Shown here: positions 35,921 to 47,284 of the stretch, in pieces
Layout of the letters: each line of letters begins with the position of its first letter
Numbering within the stretch: position 1 is the first letter of the stretch
Source of the DNA: Penicillus capitatus
Taxonomy: Eukaryota; Plantae; Chlorophyta
Reading direction: 5' to 3'
Length of the DNA stretch: 64,000 bases
Assembly (NCBI GenBank): GCA_965649825.1
Contig: OZ287702.1
Location: 610,786-674,785, forward strand
Notes under the pieces: model-generated
Database searches by the model: none
The model's input: the letters and a program-made list of their open reading frames with translations, nothing else
What the model was told of the DNA's origin: nothing
Program-made: the position numbers and the translations under genes

Positions 35921-37501
35921 ATGAAGGAAGGCCACCGAGACTGGGCATCTCTGCCGTTGGCTGTGGTCAACAGTTTCGTTCGCGTGCTCAAGGACACTCG
36001 GACATGGAGACTGGAGGGTCGGTCTCTGAGGCTCCTCAACAGACACTGGTCAGCAGCCATCAACATACACGTGGAGGAGATTCGTCCCTACACAACACGA
36101 AGCATCGTCGACGAAGACATCGCATCTCTGCCGAAGTTCGAACGGACGACATCCGTGGATATCTCACCGTTCCTGACTCGCCCGCGGAAAAATGCAATGC
36201 CGATAAACAGCGAACAGAAGAGACTTTACTTGGAAAATTGGTACGCCACGAGGTTGGAGAGAATTGTTGACGTGCTCTGCCACCTGCCGCAGCTAACGCA
36301 GATTGAAGTTGGACTCAAAGTGGTGACCATTCTCCACAATCATTGTTCAAGAATCGGAGAACAGTTTTCCAGATTGGAAGGGATCACCTCTGTATACTTT
36401 TACGAAAACGAGAACCTCAGGCTCTATGGCAAAACACATCTAAACACAAACTGGACGGGGCTGCGCCTTAACGCACCGCATTCGGACTATTCAGACACAC
36501 TCATGGCGCTGGTGTGCAATCTGCGTCGTTTGGAAACATTGGAAGTCGAAGGGTCTGTGCTGGTTAATTGCACACAGTTCGGTTTTCTGGACCAAGTAAA
36601 ACATGTCACCATCAAAGGTGTGAACACGATAATACTGGCTCAGCTGTCAAATCCATCGGCGACAGTTTCTTCCGTCGTGGTGTTTTCTCCAACTGAATTC
36701 GAAAAGGAGATTCTTGTTCAACAGACGCGTCTGGATGGTCTGAGCCTGGCCTCGGTTGGGCACTACGATCTCGACCAATTGCCTCGCACTTCTGCGGCGG
36801 AATGTCTGAAGGTTCTAGACATGGAGGGGTTCTTCGAGTTTGAGGATTTCGCTTTTCCAATCAAAACCTACATTGAGACATTCAGGCGACTGGAATGCTT
36901 GAATATCAGATCGTTTTTCTTTATGGGAGCATCCTTGAGAGGGAATCTTCCCAATCTCAAGGCACTGAGAATTGTGAACTGCATTCTGAAGGATAGCGAT
37001 GTGTTGTTTGTCACCCAGTTCCACGAGCTGAGGCTCCTGAATTGGCACGGAGTACGTAATTCAGACGAAGAGGCACTTCACCTGCCATGGAAGGAGTTGA
37101 ATCTGCCAAAGCTTCGATCATTAAGTGTTTATCCAATCCTTGACGATTCTGAACTGCTATCTATTTCTCGACAAACGAATCTGGAAGTTCTCCACATTGG
37201 GTCGGGAGACCACGCCATTTGTGCTGGAGCTGTCACATCCGAAGGGATCTGTGCGATCGAGAATCTGCACAATCTTCGTATGTTGCAGTGTTCTTTTGTA
37301 CAAAGAAGAATATTGTTGTCCCTGCTGTCTACCACTCTGGTCACGAGACTGGAGCAATTGTGGCTGTTGTGCATCTCAAAGTATCAGGAAGACGATCAGA
37401 TACTGGAACGCATAAGATGCAAATCGCCTCATATGGTTTTGAGAGTGGGCCGTCCACGGGCAATCGATTTTCACCTGTTCGATCTGGCCTATTTCATTTG
37501 A
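35921..37501 (+). CDS. F-box-like/LRR paralog 4, intronless; ancestral start codon lost
   Basis: Frame open from 35735. The position homologous to the paralog ATG (ATG GAG AGA CAA) reads ACA GAG AGA CAA. First in-frame ATG is at 35921 (MKEGHRDWASLP), just before the F-box-like motif. Confidence 0.8.
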   Translation: MKEGHRDWASLPLAVVNSFVRVLKDTRTWRLEGRSLRLLNRHWSAAINIHVEEIRPYTTRSIVDEDIASLPKFERTTSVDISPFLTRPRKNAMPINSEQKRLYLENWYATRLERIVDVLCHLPQLTQIEVGLKVVTILHNHCSRIGEQFSRLEGITSVYFYENENLRLYGKTHLNTNWTGLRLNAPHSDYSDTLMALVCNLRRLETLEVEGSVLVNCTQFGFLDQVKHVTIKGVNTIILAQLSNPSATVSSVVVFSPTEFEKEILVQQTRLDGLSLASVGHYDLDQLPRTSAAECLKVLDMEGFFEFEDFAFPIKTYIETFRRLECLNIRSFFFMGASLRGNLPNLKALRIVNCILKDSDVLFVTQFHELRLLNWHGVRNSDEEALHLPWKELNLPKLRSLSVYPILDDSELLSISRQTNLEVLHIGSGDHAICAGAVTSEGICAIENLHNLRMLQCSFVQRRILLSLLSTTLVTRLEQLWLLCISKYQEDDQILERIRCKSPHMVLRVGRPRAIDFHLFDLAYFI

Positions 37502-38649
37502 CCAAAACAGCAAGAGAAGACGAGACTCCGATCAAAGTGCGATTGTATAGATCTTTGGGACGAAATCTACTGAAAACAGCTGCACGTCCATTCCAGAAGT
37601 AGAAACCACTTAGGTAGATCTTTTATCGGCGCTGTGCATCTGTCACGTCAGTCGGTTCTTTACTTTGTGTGTCTCTGCGACGGTTAGATGATTTCATGAA
37701 CACGGCAATGTCTCTGGTATCAGAATATTACAGTATCCAAACGGACACGTGTCGTCTTCTAAATGTTTGTTGATTGCTGTGTGCATTGGTTTCTCGATCG
37801 CGATGAAACGGCCACGTGGAATGCCAAGACACAGTCGTGATGTCCGCTGTGGTTTACGAGGTTGGACTAGGTCTAAAGAACTAAGGTCAGTCACTCTTCT
37901 GTTCCTGCATCGATCAAATTGGGCAGACGATGATCCGTTTGAAACGATGATGCTTGAAAATGACAGCATTCATTGGTAGTCTCGGCAGTCTTTTCAGACG
38001 ACAGCGACGTGTGATTCAACCGAGCTCGCGAGTAGAACCTAATTGCTGTAAGCTTGAAAGAAAAGAGTGGCGAATCTCGTTCTGTCGAGGCAAACTGGAA
38101 TTCAGGTAGACCGACGATAGAAAAAAGTGAGACAAATGAAGCTCAGTCAGAATGAAACTGAACTGTCTGTCGGTGAGTGCGAACCTGGCGGACTTGTGAA
38201 CAACGACAATCGCATTTCTCTTTAGCACCGACCAGTCCTCGCATAAAACGACGGCAGAGATCTGTCCGTCACACAGTTGATGTCTATCGTCGACGCTGAC
38301 GATTTTTAAGAGTTCACACAATTTGCCTCCTGCTTGTCGAGTCTGACGCAAATTGCGCAGCTTGCGGTACACGATGGAAACGTTCTTACTGTAGTCTGAA
38401 CATTCTGTGACTTTAAACATAACAGAGCGTCAGCGACGCTTCAACTGATTCAATACTGTTGCAACAGAACCTATCTCAAAGAGAGAGAGAGCAAAGCAAT
38501 CAACGTGAAATGTAAGATCCCAACGCCAATCAAACGTCCACCGTTCAAACGACGGCGGACAAAAAATCAAAAGAACAGGTAGCAAAATAGACAAGCGAAA
38601 ATTTACCAGTCAAAAAATACAGATGTTATGCGATATCTCAGGTCGTCCT

Positions 38650-41600
38650 TCAAGAGACGGACTCGGATGGAAGCAGACTTGTGGAAGCATCCCCTACCTC
38701 AGAATGCTGGTTCGAAGTTCTCCTGGACCTCGAAGATGCTGAAAGTCTGATCTTCTCAAAGGACTTCCCAATCTTCTTTGCTTTGTGAGCAAAATACGAC
38801 TTCAATACGGCACCACTGCTACCTCTTCCACAGTCAACACCCTCGCAGAGGAGCGTGTGCTTGATCTCGGTGAACTTCAACGTCAATAAGTGGTATCCAG
38901 CGAAAACAAAGACGCAGGTGTTCAAGGCGAAAACGAAGACGACCAGACACACTCGAACATAACTGGAAGTTGTGTTGGGGTCGTTGAGGACGACCCCTGC
39001 CATGATCGTCCATCCACTGACAAAGAGCGACAGGCCCTCCAGGAAGTTCAGTGGATCGAGCTCTGTCTGGTACGGCAGGAAGGTGAGATGGAGGTAGAGT
39101 GCCATCATGAAGACGCAGGCCGTGAGGATCCCTTGCAGGTTGCTGCCGAACTTGTAGGCGAACACGGAGATCACGGCGATCAGCGCCTTTCTGAAACTGA
39201 TGAGGCAGTCCCAGTACACGAACTCCTTCTTGAATCCGCTGATCAGAACGCCGATCGTTCCCTGGATCCACTCGGAGCCGAGCGCTTGCCTTTTCTGTGC
39301 GACGACCAGGACGACGGCCAGCACAATCGGATAGGCGATGACGAAGATGAGCAATGGGATGGCCAGCGCGTCGACGAGGATGGCGTGGCTGTCAACGTAG
39401 CATCGAACGGAGGTGTCCGCCACCCAATAGGTCGTCGTGCTTTCGATGCTGTCGAGCGAGACGGCGTCGTAGACGTCGATGCAGTAGAAGACGTTGGCGG
39501 CCGTCTCCGTCAGGGAGAGGTAAGAGACGTACAGGACGGAGACGGCAGTCAGGATGCATCTCTGGACGAGGTATCTCCACGGCCTGCGCAGCTTGAACGT
39601 GTTGTAGATCCAAAGTGTGCAGATGACGGCTGTAACGAAGAGGGGGATGAGTACGGTCAGCACCGTCTGTATGACGGATCTCGATCTCTCGTCGTCGTAA
39701 GGGAGCAGACACTCAAAGGATGATGTTGACGCTTCGGTCACTGTCCCGCTTATCCAATCTGCAAGATGCCAAAGAATGTCTCAGATGGAGCAGATGCAGA
39801 TGCGCATCGTTCTTACCCCATGCCTGCAAGAGATGAATGATGGATTTGGTCCAGTCCAGATCAAGCGATATCCCAGCAGACGCCGATTGCAGAAAGTTGA
39901 TTGTTATCTGCAGAGTATAACATAAACAAGTGAGGATGCACAGAACGTCAGAGAGTATCTACCTGCAGAACGAAAACGAATTTCTCCTTCGCACCCTGTG
40001 CAATCTCGGCGTCTTCCTGTGAATACGCGGCTCTGGTGAGGGCTTCCTGCACATGGGACTCCCTCTGCGTCGTCCTCAGCCTATCGATTCTGCGCATCCA
40101 CGTCGTCTTGACGTTTTTCAGATTGCCTCCGATCTGTTCCCAGGACGAATATGCTAGAAGGGCTACGGCTAACGCAATGGCCATGGTTATCCAAGTCCAG
40201 TGTTGGCAACGACGGCAGCGGGACTGTCCGATCTTGGCGTGGTCTTCCGTGCATGCTCCGCAGAGGACACCTCGGTATTCTTTGCCGCATTCTGCGCCTA
40301 CATACGCTTCAATCTCTTTGTTTGTCAGATTGCAGGTCGCCTCGTCATTGGTCACATTATTGTTCAGAACTTTTTCATCCTTTATCTTGGTCATATCCAG
40401 CTGACAGGCATCTGTGCGAAGACATCGTTGAACGTGATGTGAACAGGGGAATGCATTCCAGTATCCAGCCTTTGGCAGCACATACTTGCCAGAACAATCA
40501 GCGTTTTCTGGACAGACGGTGCAGATTTGATTTTGGTTTTCTGGATGGAAATTGTAGTGACCGGGTTTGCATACGACGCAACCTTTGTTGTCATCAAAGG
40601 GGACTTCGTTGATCACACAAGATCGGATGTTGACAGATAGCGTGACGTGTTCTTCGTTCAGATCTGGGACAATCAAGGTCGCCGTGTACTTGCCTGGCGT
40701 CACCAGCGGCGGGCCGACATTGATGTTATCTTTCCCAGATGTCAGGTTACCGACCAGGTCGTTCGGCAGGAGACCGTCGTCCGACACCAGAACTGCTCTG
40801 GCGTACGACAAGTAATCGGGCAGATGCACCTCGTCCCACTCGCCAGGCTCTATCCTTGCAACTCGGGATCCTCTTCTAGCTGGTCCCTGTCCATAGTGAT
40901 CGTACATGGAGACTTCCACAACTGGGAGATCGACGACACTCTCACGCTTTCCCAGATCATATGCGTCTCCTTGCCTCAACAAGATATGCGTCCCGTTCTC
41001 ATAGTGCAAAGTGACATGGTAACCTAGTGCCCGTGTGGCAATATGGCGTCCATAGCCACCTTCCCCCACTTTGTTGCCTTCCATTAATTCGGGCATAGGA
41101 TTCTTCGCAGATGATGCAATTGCTAAATTCTGATCGGGGCGATCTTCCGTGTGGTTTTTGAATGTGAGGCCGAAAAAGTCCATGTGGTGACGATTTCTTG
41201 CAAAGATCGCACCGCCAGCTACCGAAGCATGATTTTCTATAAAGCTAAGCCTCTCACAGTGAGAATCAGTAGGGTATACTGGGCCGACATACTCTTCTGA
41301 GAACCCTGTCACAAACGAAGACTCGAAGAAAACGGCACCTGGACAAAATTGAAGAGTCTGAGAAACTGCTATCGAATGATAACAAGGGAAAGCTTACCTC
41401 CAAAGGCTGCTCTGTTTCTGAAAAATGAAACCGCAATTAAGAAGAAAAAAAACGTATCATCCTTCGTTATCGTGTACTCGATTGGGATATGGATGAGAGC
41501 GATGGCACCACCATACAGTTCAGCCTTATTCGTAGAAAATGTGCATCCTTCGATCCGGAGTCCGATTCTATTAATACCTACCGCCATTGCACCCCCGATT

Positions 41601-44077
41601 CTAGCCCTGTTGTCAACAAATGTCGAGTGTTTTGCGATGATATTTCCGGAGTCAACGAAGGTAAGGACTGCTCCTCCAGAAAAGCTGGCGCTGTTATTCC
41701 GAAAGCTGCATCTTGTCATGACAACTCGCATAGGGATTTTGGCATAGATCGCCCCGCCTCCTGACGCAGTGTTGTTCTCGAATCTGCAATCGGTCACCTC
41801 CAGGAAGCTTTTCTTGTCACTAGGGGAAGAGTAATAAACGGCACCTCCAACGCTCCCTCTCCTCGTCCCCACTGTATTCGCAGTGAAATTGCTTCTCTCT
41901 ATCCTCGCAAACTTGGTATGGTCAATGTGAAGAGATCCCAGCACCGGTTTAGTGTTTATACCATCTAAGGCATTGTTGCTTTGTGCCGTGCAATCTGATA
42001 CGTTAAGAGAGTTGATACTCGTCACGTACAGAATTGAAGCCGCTACACTTGCCCTAAAACTATTATTGACCCTGTTGCCGATAAACTGACTTCCTCTCAC
42101 TTCGACATCAACATTGCTTCCAGTCACGAAGACTGTCATCCCGAGGAATATGTTGGATGAGAATTCACTGTCCACCACACTCAACTTCGAAGGCATGGGA
42201 TTGGATGAACTGGTTGACAAGAAGATAGCGTGCCCATGTAAAACAGTGGAACAATCGAGTTTGTGGAACACTGCTTTCTCAAACCGGAACTGACCGCTGC
42301 TGTCCACAAAGCGAAATCCGGACCCCAGAGCATTGCCCGCTCCGGTGTACGAGGAATTCCTGGATGTGAACGTCACATTGTGCGTGTTGTCCAGGACAAC
42401 CATTATGATACGATCACTGCTGTCATTGTGGCTAGCATCGAACGTCCGTTGTTTTCCAAAATCTACGAATTCCAACAGGACATGCCCGTTGTGAAAGCGA
42501 TCGATCACCAGCAAGCCTTGGGGTTGGTTTTGCACTACCACTTTTTTCGTGTCAAATCGGTTGAATGTGTCAAAGTGGCTATTGGAGATGTTGATCGCTG
42601 ACGTCGCATCGGCGGAACGGTTCACCAAAATGAGTCCTCCACAGGGATAGCAGTCCTGTTCAAAGTAGGAATCCCTGATTTGAAGACGCTTAAGAGAAGT
42701 GGCAAGGATGGCCGAAGCCACGTTGGCAGCATTGTTATAGAAGCTGGAGGAGTTGATGACAGCGCTGGATCCATCTCTCAAATCGAGGCATCCTCCTGGA
42801 CTGCCGTAGCGGTTTCCTTTGAATTCAACGCCCGTCATGGAGACAATGCTTCCAGAGGCAACGATAACGGCGCCGACCACACCAGTGTTGTTGAAGAACA
42901 ATGAATCCCCACTGATCGTCAGCGACCCTTCATCGACTGACACAGGATAGCCAACGTTGTTGACGATGGAAAGATCCTTCAGCGTGCTCGCAGATGTTTT
43001 GGGAAAGTAAAACACGGCGTTCTCCAACGCATGCATCTCGGCATCGTGATCGGGAGAATTGTTGGACCTAGATCGATCGCCACTCACACGATTGCTGCCA
43101 TAACAATAAAACATACTTAAAAATGGCTGGATCGTTTGTGTAGGGAATCCCCTGCGACACTCCCTCATCAGAGACTGCTTTGTCAAAGGTCAGTGGTTGA
43201 AGCGATTGAACGTTCTCGTTGACGACGATGTTCTCAAGATCGTTCAGGTGACCAAAAATGGAACCGAGATAGTATTGATTTTGCCGAAATTTGAAACCAT
43301 ACATTTTGATTTCGACACAGGACGGATCTTGAACACGGAATCCTGCGATGCCGCCTGGATTGCTGTTGTTGGTAAAGTCGACCGTATGCATCTCCAAAAC
43401 AACATCGTCATCCCTGGATCGATCGCAGCTGATCTCGATGACACTGAGGTGGTAGAACGGATCGGCGAAGACACAGTTTTGGATAGAGATGTTTTCCAAG
43501 ACCACGTCGACATCCCTAAAAAAAGAAAAGATCTACAACAATATCGTGGCAACACTGCACCGACCTGATGACGAAGAGAGAGTCGTTTGGAGGACACGTT
43601 AGAGTCGCTTTCGTCGACATATCCGGAGAGCGTGAGGCTCGAATTTCCAGACGTTTTGAAATTTCGATCTGTCTTCGCGGTTGGACCGGCGTTGAAGTGT
43701 CTAGGTAAATGGCATCGCCATCTGAGGCACAGTCGACAATGTCATGCAGGTCGTGGTCCGCAAAGAACGTGTCGTCGACGTGCCATCTACGCGCAGCGTC
43801 GTCAAGGATCTTTTCAACAATATCTTCAGACAGCTCGCACGTACCACCTAAAACAGAACTGCCTTGGTGACAAGCATAATGCAGCAGTTTCTCAGATTTA
43901 GGCGTACGCATGTCCCCTCGTCGACAAAGAAAGGCAAGGGCAAAGATCGGGTGTTTTGTCAGTAGCAAAAAAAATTGATGCATCACCTGCGCTTTGCTGT
44001 GCTCTTGTTGAGCAAGCGACTAGAAGAACGGTCCCTGCTAGGTACAGCAGCAGAGACTCTGATGTGCGTCTTCGCAT
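38650..44077 (-). CDS. Receptor-like membrane protein B (beta-helix repeats + Cys-rich + multi-pass TM), multi-exon
   Basis: Signal peptide MRRRTSESLLLYLAGTVLLVACSTRAQ. ORFs 43516-43986, 43068-43505, 41369-43186, 39948-41312 and 38650-39741 join by GT-AG introns. F.NN.A..GGA repeats, CVINEV...CVVCKPG...C.VCP.NADC, and FVYWD.LISFRK. Confidence 0.85.
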
Positions 44078-44435
44078 GTTGCAAAGAGTTCCTCGTCGAA
44101 AAAAAATGGAAAGCGTACTCAGAACTTTAACAAGAGCGACCAAAACATGAACGAATTTTGAGGCTCTGTGCGCGAAGATCAAATGGAAACGCCATGCTTC
44201 AATTGAATTAATTAGCATTCGTCTTCCAAGGCAGACAGACGAGTGGTAATCGCACGTCTTCGATTGGAGCAATTCGTTCGATTCTCCAACTTTTGGCAGA
44301 AGCGTATGCAACGAATTCAGTTGAACAGTCCATCTCTAGTACTTGTCAACCTAACTTCAATTGACAGATTCGGCAGAAAGCGGAGATCATGAATACGGAC
44401 AGTGTCACGTCATGCTGAATCACCGATAGGATGTT

Positions 44436-44781
44436 ATGAACTTGTCGTCCATTATTTCCGCCACTTGGCTCTTGTTTTTCAGTTTGTATGGCAATACGCA
44501 GCGAAACAGCCCGTCCGTATTGCTGTGGCAGTCATCTGATACAGTTCTGTGTCGTCGAAGCAGCTCGTGCGAAGCGTGGCAGTACACATGTAACGATATG
44601 ATTTACAACGAAACAGATAAGCAGTTTATCGCTCGATGCTGTGCATCCGGAGGTTGTGGGTGTAATATCGAGATATCTGTCGACGACACCGCAAGGTAGA
44701 TTGACTATCCGACACGTCTTCTTGTTGTTGCTTCTGTTTCATCTGAATCCGCAGACCTGTGGTGACGTTATCACGCTGAAG
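44436..44781 (+). CDS. Possible small secreted Cys-containing peptide (uncertain)
   Basis: Hydrophobic N-terminus MNLSSIISATWLLFFS, a Cys cluster RCCASGGCGC, and a GT-AG intron after 44697. Exon structure is ambiguous. Confidence 0.2.
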
Positions 44782-44907
44782 CTCGGCTAGAGCTGCTTTG
44801 CATGACGTACTGCGAAACCCGAGAAGTGTCGACGCATTCGACGAACATCAATAGAAACACAATCACGAGAAAGTCCGCGAATAAAGAACAATTATCGTTT
44901 GGCGTTC

Positions 44908-46128
44908 TCATTCTTGCCCTCTTGATTCCAAGGGCGCCGGAGAAACTTGACGATCCGCGGTCTGCTGATTTCCGACCTTGGAGTGATCGTCATTAGTGTT
45001 GTCGGAGACGACGACGGTCGCCTCCTTTACTCCGTTGAGCTGCCCGTTCGATACGACAGGCGAACGCGGTTGCTCCGCATGTACGTCGACAATCTGACTC
45101 TGCACCAATTTCGACGCACTGGTCCTTCTTCTCCCTTTGCCTTTTCTCTCGGTGCCTGTCATATTCCTCTCTCCTGCTGCAACTTCCAGACGCAATGCTT
45201 CGAGTTTCGAATGCAGCAGAGAAGAAAAGGCCGATGCCGCCGTCGGGGAATGCGTTGTCGAATGTGGACTCGCCGGATTCATACGCGACTCTGCGACCAA
45301 GCAATACTCGTTCATTGTGAGAAGGAAGGAAGGATCCTCGCCTGTGGCGAGAGCGGCATAGAGTGCCCTGGCCCTCGACTCGACGGCGGTCTCACATTGA
45401 CTGCGATACTGTGCCAGTCGCGTCATCGTCGTCGCCTTTAGATGGTCCGCCTTGGAAACACACCGCCGATGTTCTCAGTCGGATGCGACGACGGTCGTTA
45501 CTTGCGCCGTGAACTGTTCCTGCAGTCGAGACATCGCTGCCCTGTATCCCTGTTGACAGTCGACAACCTTCTGCCGCAAGATATCTTCCTCTTCCTGCTT
45601 CGCACTCTCGAGTTCGCGCAGCGCCTGCTCCAATCGTCGCTGTGTTCCCTCGATCTCTGCAAAACGGAATGGTCAGTTGAAAGCCGAAGAGCACGAACAC
45701 TTCACCGACCGCGTTGACGTTCCTGCACAGCGAAGTACGTCTGCTCGTGGAGGCAGCGTTGGTGTTCGCTGGTGTCGAGGTCCTGAGCGATGCCAGCAGG
45801 AAGTGCAGTGTCGCGCAGTCTCTCTGGCATCTCAACCGACGACGTATCTGCCATCTTCGGAAAGAACGCCTTCGCATGGTATACAAAGCAACGCAGGTGC
45901 AAGCGTCGATACCTGGCCGTCCTCGGCTAACTGTCGAGAATCGAGGGTCCACGGAAGAGTCAAGGTATTCACTACGAGGAGTAGCAATGGTTCTCAATCT
46001 CCCTTCCAAGAAAGCAGCCTCGGATTACTTCCACTCGGCGGTTTTGGATGGAATAGAATGCTTCGGAGCTTCTGGATGTCCTTGGTTGCCGTGAAATCGT
46101 CGTTGGTATCACTCTCGCTGTTGGGCAT
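44908..46128 (-). CDS. Coiled-coil protein of unknown function, multi-exon
   Basis: Spliced model MPNSESDTNDDF...FAVQERQR/EIEGTQRRLEQALRELESAKQEEEDILRQKVVDCQQGYRAAMSRLQEQFTAQ/ADHLKATTMTRLAQYRSQC..., using about 50-60 nt GT-AG introns. Confidence 0.6.
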
Positions 46129-47284
46129 ATCTATCGAACTTTAGCGCCGAGTACAAACTGCGACCTCGTTTGCAATGTTCGAAAACGAACGGTGTCGCTC
46201 TGTCTGAGATCTACAATAAATACCCGAGAGGCGAGATCGCGACAGAGTCATCAAGGTCGACGTCTTTTCGTTACAGTGACATCATCTGTGTTCCACTGTG
46301 TCGTCGACGTGCAATAGCGCAAAGAATAGCGTTATGTGTTTACAGGTTTATTGATGATCAAATGACGCTGATGTTTGATTTTCTGGATTTGTCTCTCTCT
46401 GCTGTGCCTGCCAAGCAAGTAGAGCATCGGCGAAGAAGTGATCAAACTTTACGTTTCGTCAATGTCTTTTCAGGCGGCCGGCTTTGCACAGGAGTTGCAT
46501 CAGGTCTTTTCCGTAACGTCTCATAAGCGACATGACCTGAACACTGCGACTCCGGCAGTAAAAAGACAGTCTGACAGTGGAAGGAGGATAAATAATGTGT
46601 CATTGCGGACGCATGTGCAAAAGAGACCCGACCAACGAGGCGGCTAAGAAGGAAGACAGCAATGGACAAAGCCGTAAGGCGTTGACAGATTGTTTGTCCG
46701 CGAAAGAAACGAAGAGCATAACTCTTGGAGATATGCCTGGTGATTCGAATTGATAATTAAACTATCAACTGTTTTGTTCGCTGATGGCCTTAGGGATGTT
46801 TACTTGCTCTCGTAATTGTGTCGCATGCTTATCCCGTTTCCACGATGCGTTCGACGCCGATGATGATTGTGACCAGGTCGATGTCAACGGACAGCCGCGT
46901 CAATCAAAACGATACCTTGTTCTTTCTTTCAAACGCACCCATGACCACCGCGACATCCATGTAAAATCCAGTCGAGTGTTTTATAAAAGCCAGTTAGTCT
47001 ATAGGTTATAAAAGATGTGGATGGTAAACATCAGATCGATGAGTAAGGCTGGTGTCGTTAGCGTCTTCAGGTTTCGCTTCGATTGTGTAGCTGGGCTGTC
47101 GCCAATTCTTACTATGGGGTATGCACACTGCTGTACGCAAGACTTCGTCCCAGAGAGTGATTGAAAACGTTGGCTACATATTACTCCACAAAGGATACCT
47201 CGACGAAGCATAAAACGTCAATCGTCGGCTATCGCCTGACTTAAAAAGTTTGACAACCTCCCCGCTCGATGCGTAAATGATCAA

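Noticed and set aside
38890-39723. 277-aa plus-strand ORF
   Set aside because: Antisense shadow of the GC3-rich exon of receptor B.
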